64,000 nucleotides of DNA from assembly GCA_965369605.1 (NCBI GenBank), contig CBDURE010000002.1:72-64071 (forward strand), read 5' to 3'. Below the pieces are notes generated by a model that saw nothing but the letters and a program-made list of their open reading frames with translations, was not told where the DNA came from and made no database searches. Origin of the DNA: an uncultured bacterium. GTDB taxonomy: Bacteria; JAJVIF01; JAGGVT01. Shown here in pieces: positions 36,083-45,048 of this stretch. The translations under genes and the position numbers were made by a program. Position 1 is the first letter of the stretch, and the number at the start of each line of letters is the position of its first letter.

Positions 36083-38455
36083 CTACTCCAACTCTAGATA
36101 TGTGATATAGTCGTATTCAAATGCTGTTGATAATAGTGTTCGGTCACCATCCCTCCATTCACATGTCCCACCATATTTATCCTCATCATTTGAGAGTCCA
36201 AAAACCCCTTTATAATCCCATTCTGGCGAACCATCATCTTCAATATCCCATACCCAAACGGCAGGAACAATATCAGAGGTGCATGTTGAACCCCCGATGA
36301 ACGCAATTCGTGCATCATTCCCACTCTCGATGGCTGCAATTTGAAGATTGAAATCTGGATCATATGAAAAATGGAATGAGTTTTCGTCCTGGTATAAGTC
36401 AATTTCACCATCTGTTAAGGAATTAACTTTGCCACTTGTATAGCCTATAGCATAGACTTTTACCTTTAAATAATAATGTGAGCTTACTTGATATACACCT
36501 AAGATAAAAACAATATCCGCATAGTTACCCTGGTAGATTTCAATAGCTCTTGGTAGGAAGGCGCCACTATCCGTATCAATTAAAATGTCTTCTTCAAGAT
36601 CATCTAAGTCGATTGAATACACATAATCTTCATCATCATAATTAAGATTATAGAAGTCTAAAGAATAGGCACCAGTGAGAAGGGTTTTTTTAAGTAGGAC
36701 AATATAATCATCATCTCCTCGATTGAGGGGGCTATCCAAATAACTTACATCATAAAAAACTTTTCCACCTGCCGAGATGATTTCTGACTTGCCAGCCACA
36801 GTTAATCTTTCATCATCTTCTCCAGCATCCGGATCGAACCTTAATCCCCAAATTCTGTATCCTTCCATGTTTGTGTCAATTATCGAGAAAATGTGATCGT
36901 ACACTGGAGATGGATCTTCATCTATTCGTGTTGTATCCAATCCAACAATATTATCAATAGTGTATGTTACATCTGCTACATGATCAGTGAAATCATCGTA
37001 TTGATCCGGGTCACCTGAGGTTCCAGGCTCATGAGTCCAAAACCCCCTTTGACTATTTGAAGGACCAACTGTGTCTGAATATACCACCAATTCTTCCTCG
37101 TCCAAATACTGAGTTTTTCTGGCGTTGAAATCAGTAACTGGACCGATACTCCAAGTCTCATCATCGTAAGCAGGAACTATATTATCAAAACTGCCAGTGT
37201 AAGTGTAGTGGGCCATATATGCTTTTGTAACGCAGGATGATAGATTAGTATCTGTTTCAAAAGCAACAGTTCCGCCGTCTGTGTTCAATTTACGCCATCC
37301 AAGAAAAGTCCAACGTGAACCTGCTGATTGAGAATAATCATAATCATACAGGTAGATGTATGCATTATCATCCCAATTTTGATCTGGTCTGCCGGCAATA
37401 AAACTAACTCGATAAACATCACTCCCCAATGACCTTACCGCAATTTCCGGCTGCATTGTACTTACATAATCGAAATCAACTCCCTGCCAATCATCTAGTG
37501 TATCATCAGTAATCGCAGTTAGAGCCCAACCAGAACCACTTGTAGCAATGGAATAAACCTTCACATACGTTTTAGTTCCTCCATTGTCTTTCTCTAATAG
37601 AAAGAACAGATCATCAACAGTGTCAATTGCCAGAGCATCATCCTCATCAGTAGAAATTTCATTCAAGGGTGCTCTATATTCCCATTTAATAAGACCGTCA
37701 GGATGTGTTCCGTTTTCAACTAGGAAATACTGGTTCATCTTTGATGTGTTGGAATCCCACCAGATTAAAGCAAGAGTTTCCTTATCATCGTTAAATGCGA
37801 CGTCAATAGCTGGATGATCAGTGGGACCATTATAATAACCAATACATTCTACATGATCATATTGTGCTTGCTGTGTTTCTGTGATAACAAGGTGATAAAT
37901 GTAATAATATTGAGACCGTAGCTGCCCATGCCACGGTGGAAATATCTTATCCTCCTTTTCATCATCACCTCTATCCTGAGGTTCGACTTTCACTGAAGAA
38001 AAGAACCAGTCGTAGGTTTCAGAGTTATAATCACCCTCCGTGTGAGCTAGCCCTTTGAGTTTATCAAAATCATACTCGTTTGCTGCAACATGTGCACTGT
38101 TGTATTCTACATCAGTATTTGACTGGGCTTCATGTTCCCAGAAGCCGGGGTCGGTAGATGGAGAAGCATGTTTGTCCCCGGACCAGAGTAAATTCTCCCT
38201 TTCAGTAAGGTATTCGCATTTATCAGCCCAGAAATCTGTACCCGGAGTATAGTATGAATAATTACCTGGTCGAGGAATAATCCCCCACATTGTGGGAACT
38301 TGAAGATGCCTCATCATAGAATCAGATTGTTCATCCGAGTAATTATCAAATCCTGGAAGACCTCCTATTGGGTCTAATCCCCCTTGTGAACAGCCAGAAA
38401 CAAAAAGTACTGCTGCTACCACAATCAATCCTTTCACAAAGATCCACAATTTCAT
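36083..38455 (-). CDS. Large lipoprotein of unknown function
   Basis: MKLWIFVKGLIVVAAVLFVSGCSQ (signal peptide + lipobox) from the ATG at 38455, with GGAG upstream. Acidic, D/Y/T-rich. No recognisable repeats. Confidence 0.7.
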   Translation of the reverse strand: MKLWIFVKGLIVVAAVLFVSGCSQGGLDPIGGLPGFDNYSDEQSDSMMRHLQVPTMWGIIPRPGNYSYYTPGTDFWADKCEYLTERENLLWSGDKHASPSTDPGFWEHEAQSNTDVEYNSAHVAANEYDFDKLKGLAHTEGDYNSETYDWFFSSVKVEPQDRGDDEKEDKIFPPWHGQLRSQYYYIYHLVITETQQAQYDHVECIGYYNGPTDHPAIDVAFNDDKETLALIWWDSNTSKMNQYFLVENGTHPDGLIKWEYRAPLNEISTDEDDALAIDTVDDLFFLLEKDNGGTKTYVKVYSIATSGSGWALTAITDDTLDDWQGVDFDYVSTMQPEIAVRSLGSDVYRVSFIAGRPDQNWDDNAYIYLYDYDYSQSAGSRWTFLGWRKLNTDGGTVAFETDTNLSSCVTKAYMAHYTYTGSFDNIVPAYDDETWSIGPVTDFNARKTQYLDEEELVVYSDTVGPSNSQRGFWTHEPGTSGDPDQYDDFTDHVADVTYTIDNIVGLDTTRIDEDPSPVYDHIFSIIDTNMEGYRIWGLRFDPDAGEDDERLTVAGKSEIISAGGKVFYDVSYLDSPLNRGDDDYIVLLKKTLLTGAYSLDFYNLNYDDEDYVYSIDLDDLEEDILIDTDSGAFLPRAIEIYQGNYADIVFILGVYQVSSHYYLKVKVYAIGYTSGKVNSLTDGEIDLYQDENSFHFSYDPDFNLQIAAIESGNDARIAFIGGSTCTSDIVPAVWVWDIEDDGSPEWDYKGVFGLSNDEDKYGGTCEWRDGDRTLLSTAFEYDYITYLELE

Positions 38456-38967
38456 CTGAATCACTCCATGTCTTTTGATGTTTAAAAATAAATAAGATAA
38501 CTGATGAATCAATATCTAAAACAAAGACATCTCGATTTTTTGTATAACTCTGAGATATCATTGTGTTGTTTGCTATAATTCACCTTTAAATCAACGCGTT
38601 GTTTCGTTATTCTTTGTGGCATATATCATCCTCAATCTTGATGTAGATTAGTAACTCACATGAGAATGACCAGCCATCGGTACAAACAACGAAAAGGGAT
38701 CATAATTCCAAAATCCCTGAATACCAGTGGTTGAAGACATAGCGAACCTCCAGAATAAGTAAAAACTAAATACCCCTAAAATACTGAGAAAATCAATCTT
38801 TAGGACAGCGAAGTTAGTACGATGAAACCAATATTCTCCTCTCAGTATTAAGAATTATACAATCTGATTTAGTTTTTCACAAGGTCTCATTAAAAGAAAA
38901 AGTACATTTTCTTAAGATAAAGTACAATATGCACTGTTGCCTACATAATGTAATATATCTGCCTTCT

Positions 38968-39055
38968 CATATGCTAATCCGACCTACCTTAGGGATAAGA
39001 TAAGTTGGTCAGCATACAGAATCTACAACACATGGGAATCTGTGTTTGGTTTGTC
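38968..39055. repeat. 88-nt intergenic element, copy 2 (upstream of the lipoprotein block)
   Basis: See copy 1. Same orientation. Confidence 0.8.
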
Positions 39056-39118
39056 ATTTGGGTTTACACTTATTCATTGAGCTATATCTATCATCTGGGA
39101 ATGCGCGATTATAGATTA

Positions 39119-39601
39119 CTAACTCTCTGCAAGTTCCTTCTCTAAATCCTTGATTTTAATGGTCGCTTGTTTTTGAGTAAGTTTGGATATCTCCTTGTAA
39201 TCAGGCTTATCGCCCAACTGGTGCTGGAGGTATCCGAGGTATCGAAGTTGTTTAACTGAAATCTTATCTCCTTTACTTTTCTGTTTGGGTTCAGAATTAT
39301 CATTATCGTCAGGACTTTTCTTGTTCTTCGGTATGGCTTTCCTGACGTGATTCGACAAGAGTTTCCCATTACCCGCAGACTTGCGAGAGTTACCATCAAG
39401 AATCTGTTTGATCTTATTGGCAACTGTTTGCTTGCAACCATTAATGCACTCAGTATAAACTTCATCGAGATCAAAATCTGAACCTTCAAATTCTGTAGAC
39501 ACAAGAGCGAACTGAAGAAGCGGATTAACCTCCTCATCCATTAATCCGAATGCTTGCGGATACCGCAAGATGGCGATCTCAAGTGATCCATGCATAACCA
39601 A
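39119..39601 (-). CDS. Hypothetical protein (160 aa), basic linker + C-terminal helical module
   Basis: ORF with a 23-nt overlap to the upstream DUF2958 gene. The C-terminal ISVKQLRYLGYLQHQLG..LTQKQATIKIKDLEKEL resembles small helical modules seen on plasmid proteins (from memory only). Confidence 0.5.
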   Translation of the reverse strand: MVMHGSLEIAILRYPQAFGLMDEEVNPLLQFALVSTEFEGSDFDLDEVYTECINGCKQTVANKIKQILDGNSRKSAGNGKLLSNHVRKAIPKNKKSPDDNDNSEPKQKSKGDKISVKQLRYLGYLQHQLGDKPDYKEISKLTQKQATIKIKDLEKELAES

Positions 39602-39932
39602 CCTCCTTCATTACTTCCTTGAGTGTTTTATCACGCCAGTAAAGATCACGCTCTATTGGAAGGTTGAACCTTCCACGAACTTTCTTTAACTCAGAAAGCC
39701 AGAAGTATCCGAGTTCGGTTTCCAAACCCTCAACCAGCCCAAAGAATTGGACATCACCTGACTTTGAGTCTTTTGATGCGCTACACGCGAACCACGTCCA
39801 GTCAGCATCAGGAGTGAAGAACTTAACAATAACAATCAATTTATCTGATGAAAGTTCACACCCAGGCCCGGACGGATGATGCGGGTCTTGGGCTTCGAGT
39901 CTCATCAAATCACTTTCCAGTAATAATTCCAT
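39579..39932 (-). CDS. DUF2958-family protein
   Basis: VKFFTPDADWTWFACS...FFGLVEGLETELGYFWLSELKKVRG..NLPIERDLYW matches the DUF2958 consensus as I remember it. This family is common on plasmids and ICEs. Confidence 0.65.
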   Translation of the reverse strand: MELLLESDLMRLEAQDPHHPSGPGCELSSDKLIVIVKFFTPDADWTWFACSASKDSKSGDVQFFGLVEGLETELGYFWLSELKKVRGRFNLPIERDLYWRDKTLKEVMKEVGYAWIT

Positions 39933-39970
39933 GAATTATCACCTCCGTAGTAGTTTTCAGTATCAAAAGA

Positions 39971-40267
39971 TTATGCGCTTATCTCAACGAAGTCCTCATC
40001 ATCAATGAAGAGTTCAAGTTGGAAACCCTCCAGAAAATCAGGAGGTTTGATTGATACAATTTCAAATCCAGATGAGCTTATCGATAAGCAGATATCAAAT
40101 CCACATAGTTCAATCGAGTGTTTTCCTTTCGGGAGATTGCCAACATCCGATAAAACCAAGTGATAGAGATTCGATAAATGTTCATCGTGGATTTCCTGTA
40201 TCCTGTCCGCTCTGCCATTATGCCAGCGCGAAAGCCAGAACAGGCTTCTAATATCTCCTATACGCAA
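39971..40267 (-). CDS. Hypothetical protein (98 aa)
   Basis: TTG start preceded by GGAGGTGG. No motif recognised. Confidence 0.45.
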   Translation of the reverse strand: MRIGDIRSLFWLSRWHNGRADRIQEIHDEHLSNLYHLVLSDVGNLPKGKHSIELCGFDICLSISSSGFEIVSIKPPDFLEGFQLELFIDDEDFVEISA

Positions 40268-40781
40268 GGTGAACCACCTCCATAGACCATACGAGATACA
40301 AGTTGTTTAGAGAGGGATTTTAAAGGGCAAACTGATTCTGTATGTCCAGCGTAACATGCTCTTCTAAAGGCATGTCAACCTTACATCTGTCAACATTTCT
40401 GAGAGTGGGTTTTTATTGATAAAATGTGATTATGCTGCTTTCCGTCGAGCCAGGGAATTGGTTCCGATCTGGTTCCACTTGCGGGTAACAGTCTCCCGTG
40501 AGCCAGCGATAGAGTCACAAGACTTTCTTCGAGGATATCTGCCCTTTGTACAATTCAGAATCCGCAAGGGGATATTTTTGTACTTTGAATCCTTTAAGGT
40601 GATCTGTCGGGAAGGCGGTATGAAATACTGGAATATTCTTTAAACAATTTTCGTTTAAAACAGTCTTATTTACAGTATGGTTGACAGATAGTTAGGCATA
40701 GCTTATAATTACATTATAGAAACTTGCAGATTGACAATAAAAATGCTTTAATATGCGACATTATTTAGGAGGTGAACAGTT

Positions 40782-41366
40782 TTGAATAATAAATCTTTCT
40801 TCATAACGCTTTTATGTATTGTGGTAATTTCTTTAGGACTTTGCCTAAAGGATTGTGTCTATTTTGGTCCGAATTCATCCGATTCTCAACGAATCGCTGA
40901 TGAAGCAGAAATGAAAGCCAATTATATCAGATTTATCATAGAAATTGAGAAATATGAAGAGAAAAACGGGGTTTACCCTACATCCATTGACCTTGTGATT
41001 CGGGATAGGATCAAAAACGTTTTCTCTGGAAAGCCAATTAAGCATATTAGCTTATTCAGTAATGAAGTCCGTAAAGGTGATTATACCTATATTCCAATCA
41101 AATATAATTACAAAAATCATGGTTATCATTTGTTCATTTATCATCAAGATATTCGCAACCTTACTGCGAACAATTGGAATGACTTGATTAACAGCCATGA
41201 AAAGGATTGTAATCTTTCTTATTTCAATTCCTCAAAAAATAGTACGTTACCAAAAGAAATTATCTATGAATCATTGCAACAATTCATAGATGAAGAGGTT
41301 GCATCATCTCATCAAGCAAGCGAACTCTCAAAAGGATTACACCTATTTATGGAGTCACACTATTAA
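40782..41366 (+). CDS. Hypothetical membrane-anchored/secreted protein (194 aa)
   Basis: TTG start preceded by AGGAGGTG. N-terminal hydrophobic segment FFITLLCIVVISLGLCL. It is the only plus-strand gene in the accessory block. Confidence 0.5.
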   Translation: MNNKSFFITLLCIVVISLGLCLKDCVYFGPNSSDSQRIADEAEMKANYIRFIIEIEKYEEKNGVYPTSIDLVIRDRIKNVFSGKPIKHISLFSNEVRKGDYTYIPIKYNYKNHGYHLFIYHQDIRNLTANNWNDLINSHEKDCNLSYFNSSKNSTLPKEIIYESLQQFIDEEVASSHQASELSKGLHLFMESHY

Positions 41367-41492
41367 CCCTAGTTTTTTCTAGGGTTTTTCTATTTCTCAA
41401 GAATTTAATAAATCATAAAGAGTTCGAAATTTTCAGGTTTACAATTTCCTGCAAACGGGGTATTTTCAATTTACATCTGTTATAAGGTAAGA

Positions 41493-42182
41493 TTAATCTC
41501 CACTATATGATGGTTGCCAACCATTAGGAACGATTTCCATTTTTGAAGGATTTACAGGACGCATGTATGGATCAATAACAATATGCCAATTCTCACCTTC
41601 AAAAAATAAAACAGCCCAGTTATGTACCCCTCTTACATGATCTTTTGATGGGTCTGATTGACTCGAACCTCTTTCGATGATTACAATTGGAAGAACTATA
41701 TTTACGTTGTCAAATTCACCTATTCGGGAGGCTAAGGATTCTTTATACTCTTCTGTTTTATCATTTAAAAACGAAATCGAGTCTGTCGCAATTTGGCTAC
41801 AAGAACGATAATTAGGCTTCAAACAACTCTTGTATCCTGTAGAATGATTGGATAAATACTCCTCAATAAAAGGTTTATACTCAAGCTGAATATGATCTAA
41901 ATATTTGATATATTCTTCTTCAATGAAAGCCGAATCCTGATAGTCATCAGTAAAAATTCCATATTCAGGACAATTATCGATAAATTGTTCAAAACTACAT
42001 GTATAGACATTCCACGGACAATGAATTGTATACCCATATGTGTATCCATTTTTAAAAGAAATGGCAGAGAATATAATGATAGAAATAACTGCCAAGAACC
42101 ATGGACTAATTTTATACCAAGCAGTTTTTCTCTGTGTAGCAATTCCTTGAGTGCTTCTTTTTCCTGTTCCCTTTTTTGGCAT
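41493..42182 (-). CDS. Hypothetical membrane-anchored protein (229 aa)
   Basis: Basic N-terminus followed by one TM segment (WFLAVISIIIFSAISF). Cys-rich ectodomain. No motif recognised. Confidence 0.5.
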   Translation of the reverse strand: MPKKGTGKRSTQGIATQRKTAWYKISPWFLAVISIIIFSAISFKNGYTYGYTIHCPWNVYTCSFEQFIDNCPEYGIFTDDYQDSAFIEEEYIKYLDHIQLEYKPFIEEYLSNHSTGYKSCLKPNYRSCSQIATDSISFLNDKTEEYKESLASRIGEFDNVNIVLPIVIIERGSSQSDPSKDHVRGVHNWAVLFFEGENWHIVIDPYMRPVNPSKMEIVPNGWQPSYSGD

Positions 42183-42324
42183 TCTTACTCAGATTAAGAT
42201 ATGAATTTTAATAAATGACGACAGATTTGTGGATTATACAAGGTGTAAACAGGTTTTTCAATGCCTTTTTCTATGTTTTGAAAATACTAGTAAATTTATT
42301 TGCTATTAAAACTGAAAGAGATCA

Positions 42325-43959
42325 TTACCTACTTCCTTCTAAATATTCCAAATCATCCGGTGTTTTTGTTTCCTGAGTATCCTCTTTTGGTTTAGGCTTC
42401 ATTCGCTCTTTAAGTATTTCCTCTATTCGCACTCTTCGCATTTTAACATTGCTTTCCATTAAAGTAAGCGATGAATACTTGTTATCGAATGGGAATTCAA
42501 TATCCGTACCTATTGGATTATCCAACGTTTTAATCATCTCAGGATGAGACATTGCTCCTTTAATCATCACATACGCTTGCCTGAATTCAAGCCGTGATAG
42601 ATTGTAGAATGCAATCTCCCATAGTTCCTGCAGTGTGAACTTCTTCTGCTCAACCTGCATTAAATCAACTTCCTGCTCCTCCATAGCCTCAACAATATTC
42701 GCAGTTTCTTTAGATAAGCGTTCGGCATCCTGCCGGGAAGTCCTGAAATAAATTTGAGTTTGAGCGTTACTTAAAATGAGAGATATTAATTTCTCATCCA
42801 GTTGCTTTAAACTCTGATGCGCCATGGTCAGGCACAATGCGAATTTCCTTGCTTCCGCAAGGACAGTTCCGAACGAGTCAGTAGCGATATTCTGAAACTC
42901 ATCGACATACAGCGCAAACGGAAAACGTTCCTCGACTTTTCTGGCCAGGAAACTCATCTCTATATCTGACATTATCAATGCGCCGAATAAATCTGCGGAG
43001 ATGGCAAGTTTGCCCTTTGCCAGATTTATTAGCAGAATTCCTCTTGTATCCATAATATGCTTGATGTTGAACGAGGATTTCTTTTGCGCCAGTCTTGCAC
43101 CAATCCGACCATCCGCCATAAATGCCGATACTTTGTTCAAAGACGATTCGATATACATTGACCTTTCTCTCGAAGACCAATTATTGTATCTATTTTTGAA
43201 AAACTCCTTCACCTGATCCTGATCTGTTTTTTCCAGAAGAGACCTTCTGAAATCCGCATCAGTAAGCACCTTCTCGAATTCCGCCAGTGTATATCCATGT
43301 TCTATGAGTAGGGCGAGAGTATTTCGGAGGATGTCCTCCATTCTTGGCCCCCACATATCTTCCCAGATGCGCTTGAACGCCAGTAGCAGTTTCGCTACCT
43401 GCTCTGCAATCAAAACTCCTTCTCGACGTTCAAGCGGATTATATGCAAGCATATGATCCATATCTTCCATATCAAGAATGTAGGTATTCTTGATTCTATC
43501 TCCGAGGAACGGGAGAACACCTTTTATCAAATCGCCGTGGGGATCAATTACGCATATACCCATGCCATTCGAAATATCTTGAATGATGAAGTTCATTAAC
43601 AGCGAACTTTTTCCTGAGCCGGATGCTCCAACGACATACATGTGAGTTGGGCGATATTTACCCGGCAGGACTAAAACATCACTCTGAATATCTTCACTAA
43701 ATCTGCCAACTTCCAAAGGAGGTTCATCATTACCTCCCCAAGGATTCTGGTCAGATAACTCCCAGACAAGAACTCGTTTTGCCTCCATCATCTTATTGCG
43801 GACTTTCGTATAACCGGAAGTGTGATCTTCAAGGAAGTAAAGGAATCGAACGAGAGCTTCACGAATGGAAGACCAGAAAATGAAGATAAGTACGATTATT
43901 CCAATCGTTACGCCGATTGAAAAAAGTTGCTCCCAAAAATCAGAGTCGAATATATTCAT
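42325..43959 (-). CDS. FtsK/HerA-superfamily ATPase resembling a type IV secretion coupling protein (TraD/VirD4-like)
   Basis: N-terminal TM segment (IGVTIGIIVLIFIFW), Walker [14 protein letters not shown], Walker B-like ALYVDEFQNIA. Confidence 0.55.
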   Translation of the reverse strand: MNIFDSDFWEQLFSIGVTIGIIVLIFIFWSSIREALVRFLYFLEDHTSGYTKVRNKMMEAKRVLVWELSDQNPWGGNDEPPLEVGRFSEDIQSDVLVLPGKYRPTHMYVVGASGSGKSSLLMNFIIQDISNGMGICVIDPHGDLIKGVLPFLGDRIKNTYILDMEDMDHMLAYNPLERREGVLIAEQVAKLLLAFKRIWEDMWGPRMEDILRNTLALLIEHGYTLAEFEKVLTDADFRRSLLEKTDQDQVKEFFKNRYNNWSSRERSMYIESSLNKVSAFMADGRIGARLAQKKSSFNIKHIMDTRGILLINLAKGKLAISADLFGALIMSDIEMSFLARKVEERFPFALYVDEFQNIATDSFGTVLAEARKFALCLTMAHQSLKQLDEKLISLILSNAQTQIYFRTSRQDAERLSKETANIVEAMEEQEVDLMQVEQKKFTLQELWEIAFYNLSRLEFRQAYVMIKGAMSHPEMIKTLDNPIGTDIEFPFDNKYSSLTLMESNVKMRRVRIEEILKERMKPKPKEDTQETKTPDDLEYLEGSR

Positions 43960-44200
43960 AGAACCTTCCTTGGAAAATTTGACGCTAATTATACATAAAT
44001 CTAAATTAAAAAACTAATTCCCCCCGCGCACTGTCGTTTGAATAGCCGATCCTCGACCGCTCCCGATCGTCGGGAGGGGCGGAGTCGGGGACAATTTTTG
44101 AATGAGAAAAAAGAGATATGCCAGTCAGAGACAGGGAAACGGAGATATCCAGCATATACTTTGCTCCTACAGGGTGTTAAGTAGACCCTTTAAATGATTT

Positions 44201-44983
44201 ATGGTAGAATTCAGAAGGTCGTTCGATAATCGTTCCAGAATGACCGATGCTATCCAGTATGAGATATTTATTCTGAGATTATCTAAAATGCCAAATCTCT
44301 CAAACGAATCCGCACGAAAAAAGCGCGTCAAATCGCTTATTAAAAATCTAAATGAATTCTATCCTGTGTTTAAATCCAAAAAACGCTACGATCCGCTCGA
44401 TGAACTTGTACTGACAATCCTCTCGCAAAACACAAACGACAACAATTCCTTCGAAGGCTATAAACGGCTTAAAAGCAAGTTTCCAACGTGGGATAAAGTC
44501 GCGAGGGCTAATCCCAAAACAATTGAGAAAGCGATCAGAATCGCGGGACTTGCTCCGACCAAGACCAAATATATCAAGGGTGTTCTGGATGGCATCGCCG
44601 CGGAGAATCGGGCAAAGAATCGTTTGAAAAAAGGTTCGCCATATCATCTGAATCATCTAAAAAAAATGACACTTGAGGAAGCTTTGGATTACCTGACATC
44701 GTTCAAGGGTGTCGGGCAGAAAACGGCCGCTTGTGTACTGGCATTTTCTCTGGATATGCCGTCCTTTCCAATCGACACACATGTGCGCAGAATCCTGGTC
44801 AGGCAGGGGATAATTCCCGCTAATATGGCCGCTGAAAATGCGCATCATGTGATGTATCGCCTGACAGTTCCTGATGAACGTTATCGATTCCACATGAGTT
44901 TGATACGATATGGCCGCGACATTTGCCACGCTCGTAATCCTGAGTGTGGTAAATGCGTTATCAAACGAAATTGCGAATATTGA
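44201..44983 (+). CDS. nth: Endonuclease III-like HhH-GPD DNA glycosylase/lyase with [4Fe-4S] cluster
   Basis: HhH GVGQKTAACVL, catalytic Asp context FPIDTHVRRI, and exact EndoIII cluster spacing C-X6-C-X2-C-X5-C (CHARNPECGKCVIKRNC). The true start may be the ATG at 44288 (MPNLSN). Confidence 0.85.
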   Translation: MVEFRRSFDNRSRMTDAIQYEIFILRLSKMPNLSNESARKKRVKSLIKNLNEFYPVFKSKKRYDPLDELVLTILSQNTNDNNSFEGYKRLKSKFPTWDKVARANPKTIEKAIRIAGLAPTKTKYIKGVLDGIAAENRAKNRLKKGSPYHLNHLKKMTLEEALDYLTSFKGVGQKTAACVLAFSLDMPSFPIDTHVRRILVRQGIIPANMAAENAHHVMYRLTVPDERYRFHMSLIRYGRDICHARNPECGKCVIKRNCEY

Positions 44984-45005
44984 ATAACCTCTAACTAACA
45001 ATATA

Positions 45006-45014
45006 TGGTATAAT
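45006..45014 (+). promoter_or_regulatory. Candidate extended -10 promoter element
   Basis: TGGTATAAT (TGnTATAAT consensus), 35 nt upstream of the ATG at 45049. Confidence 0.35.
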
Positions 45015-45048
45015 AAATGCGATTTATTTTACGTTTTATTCCAAAACC

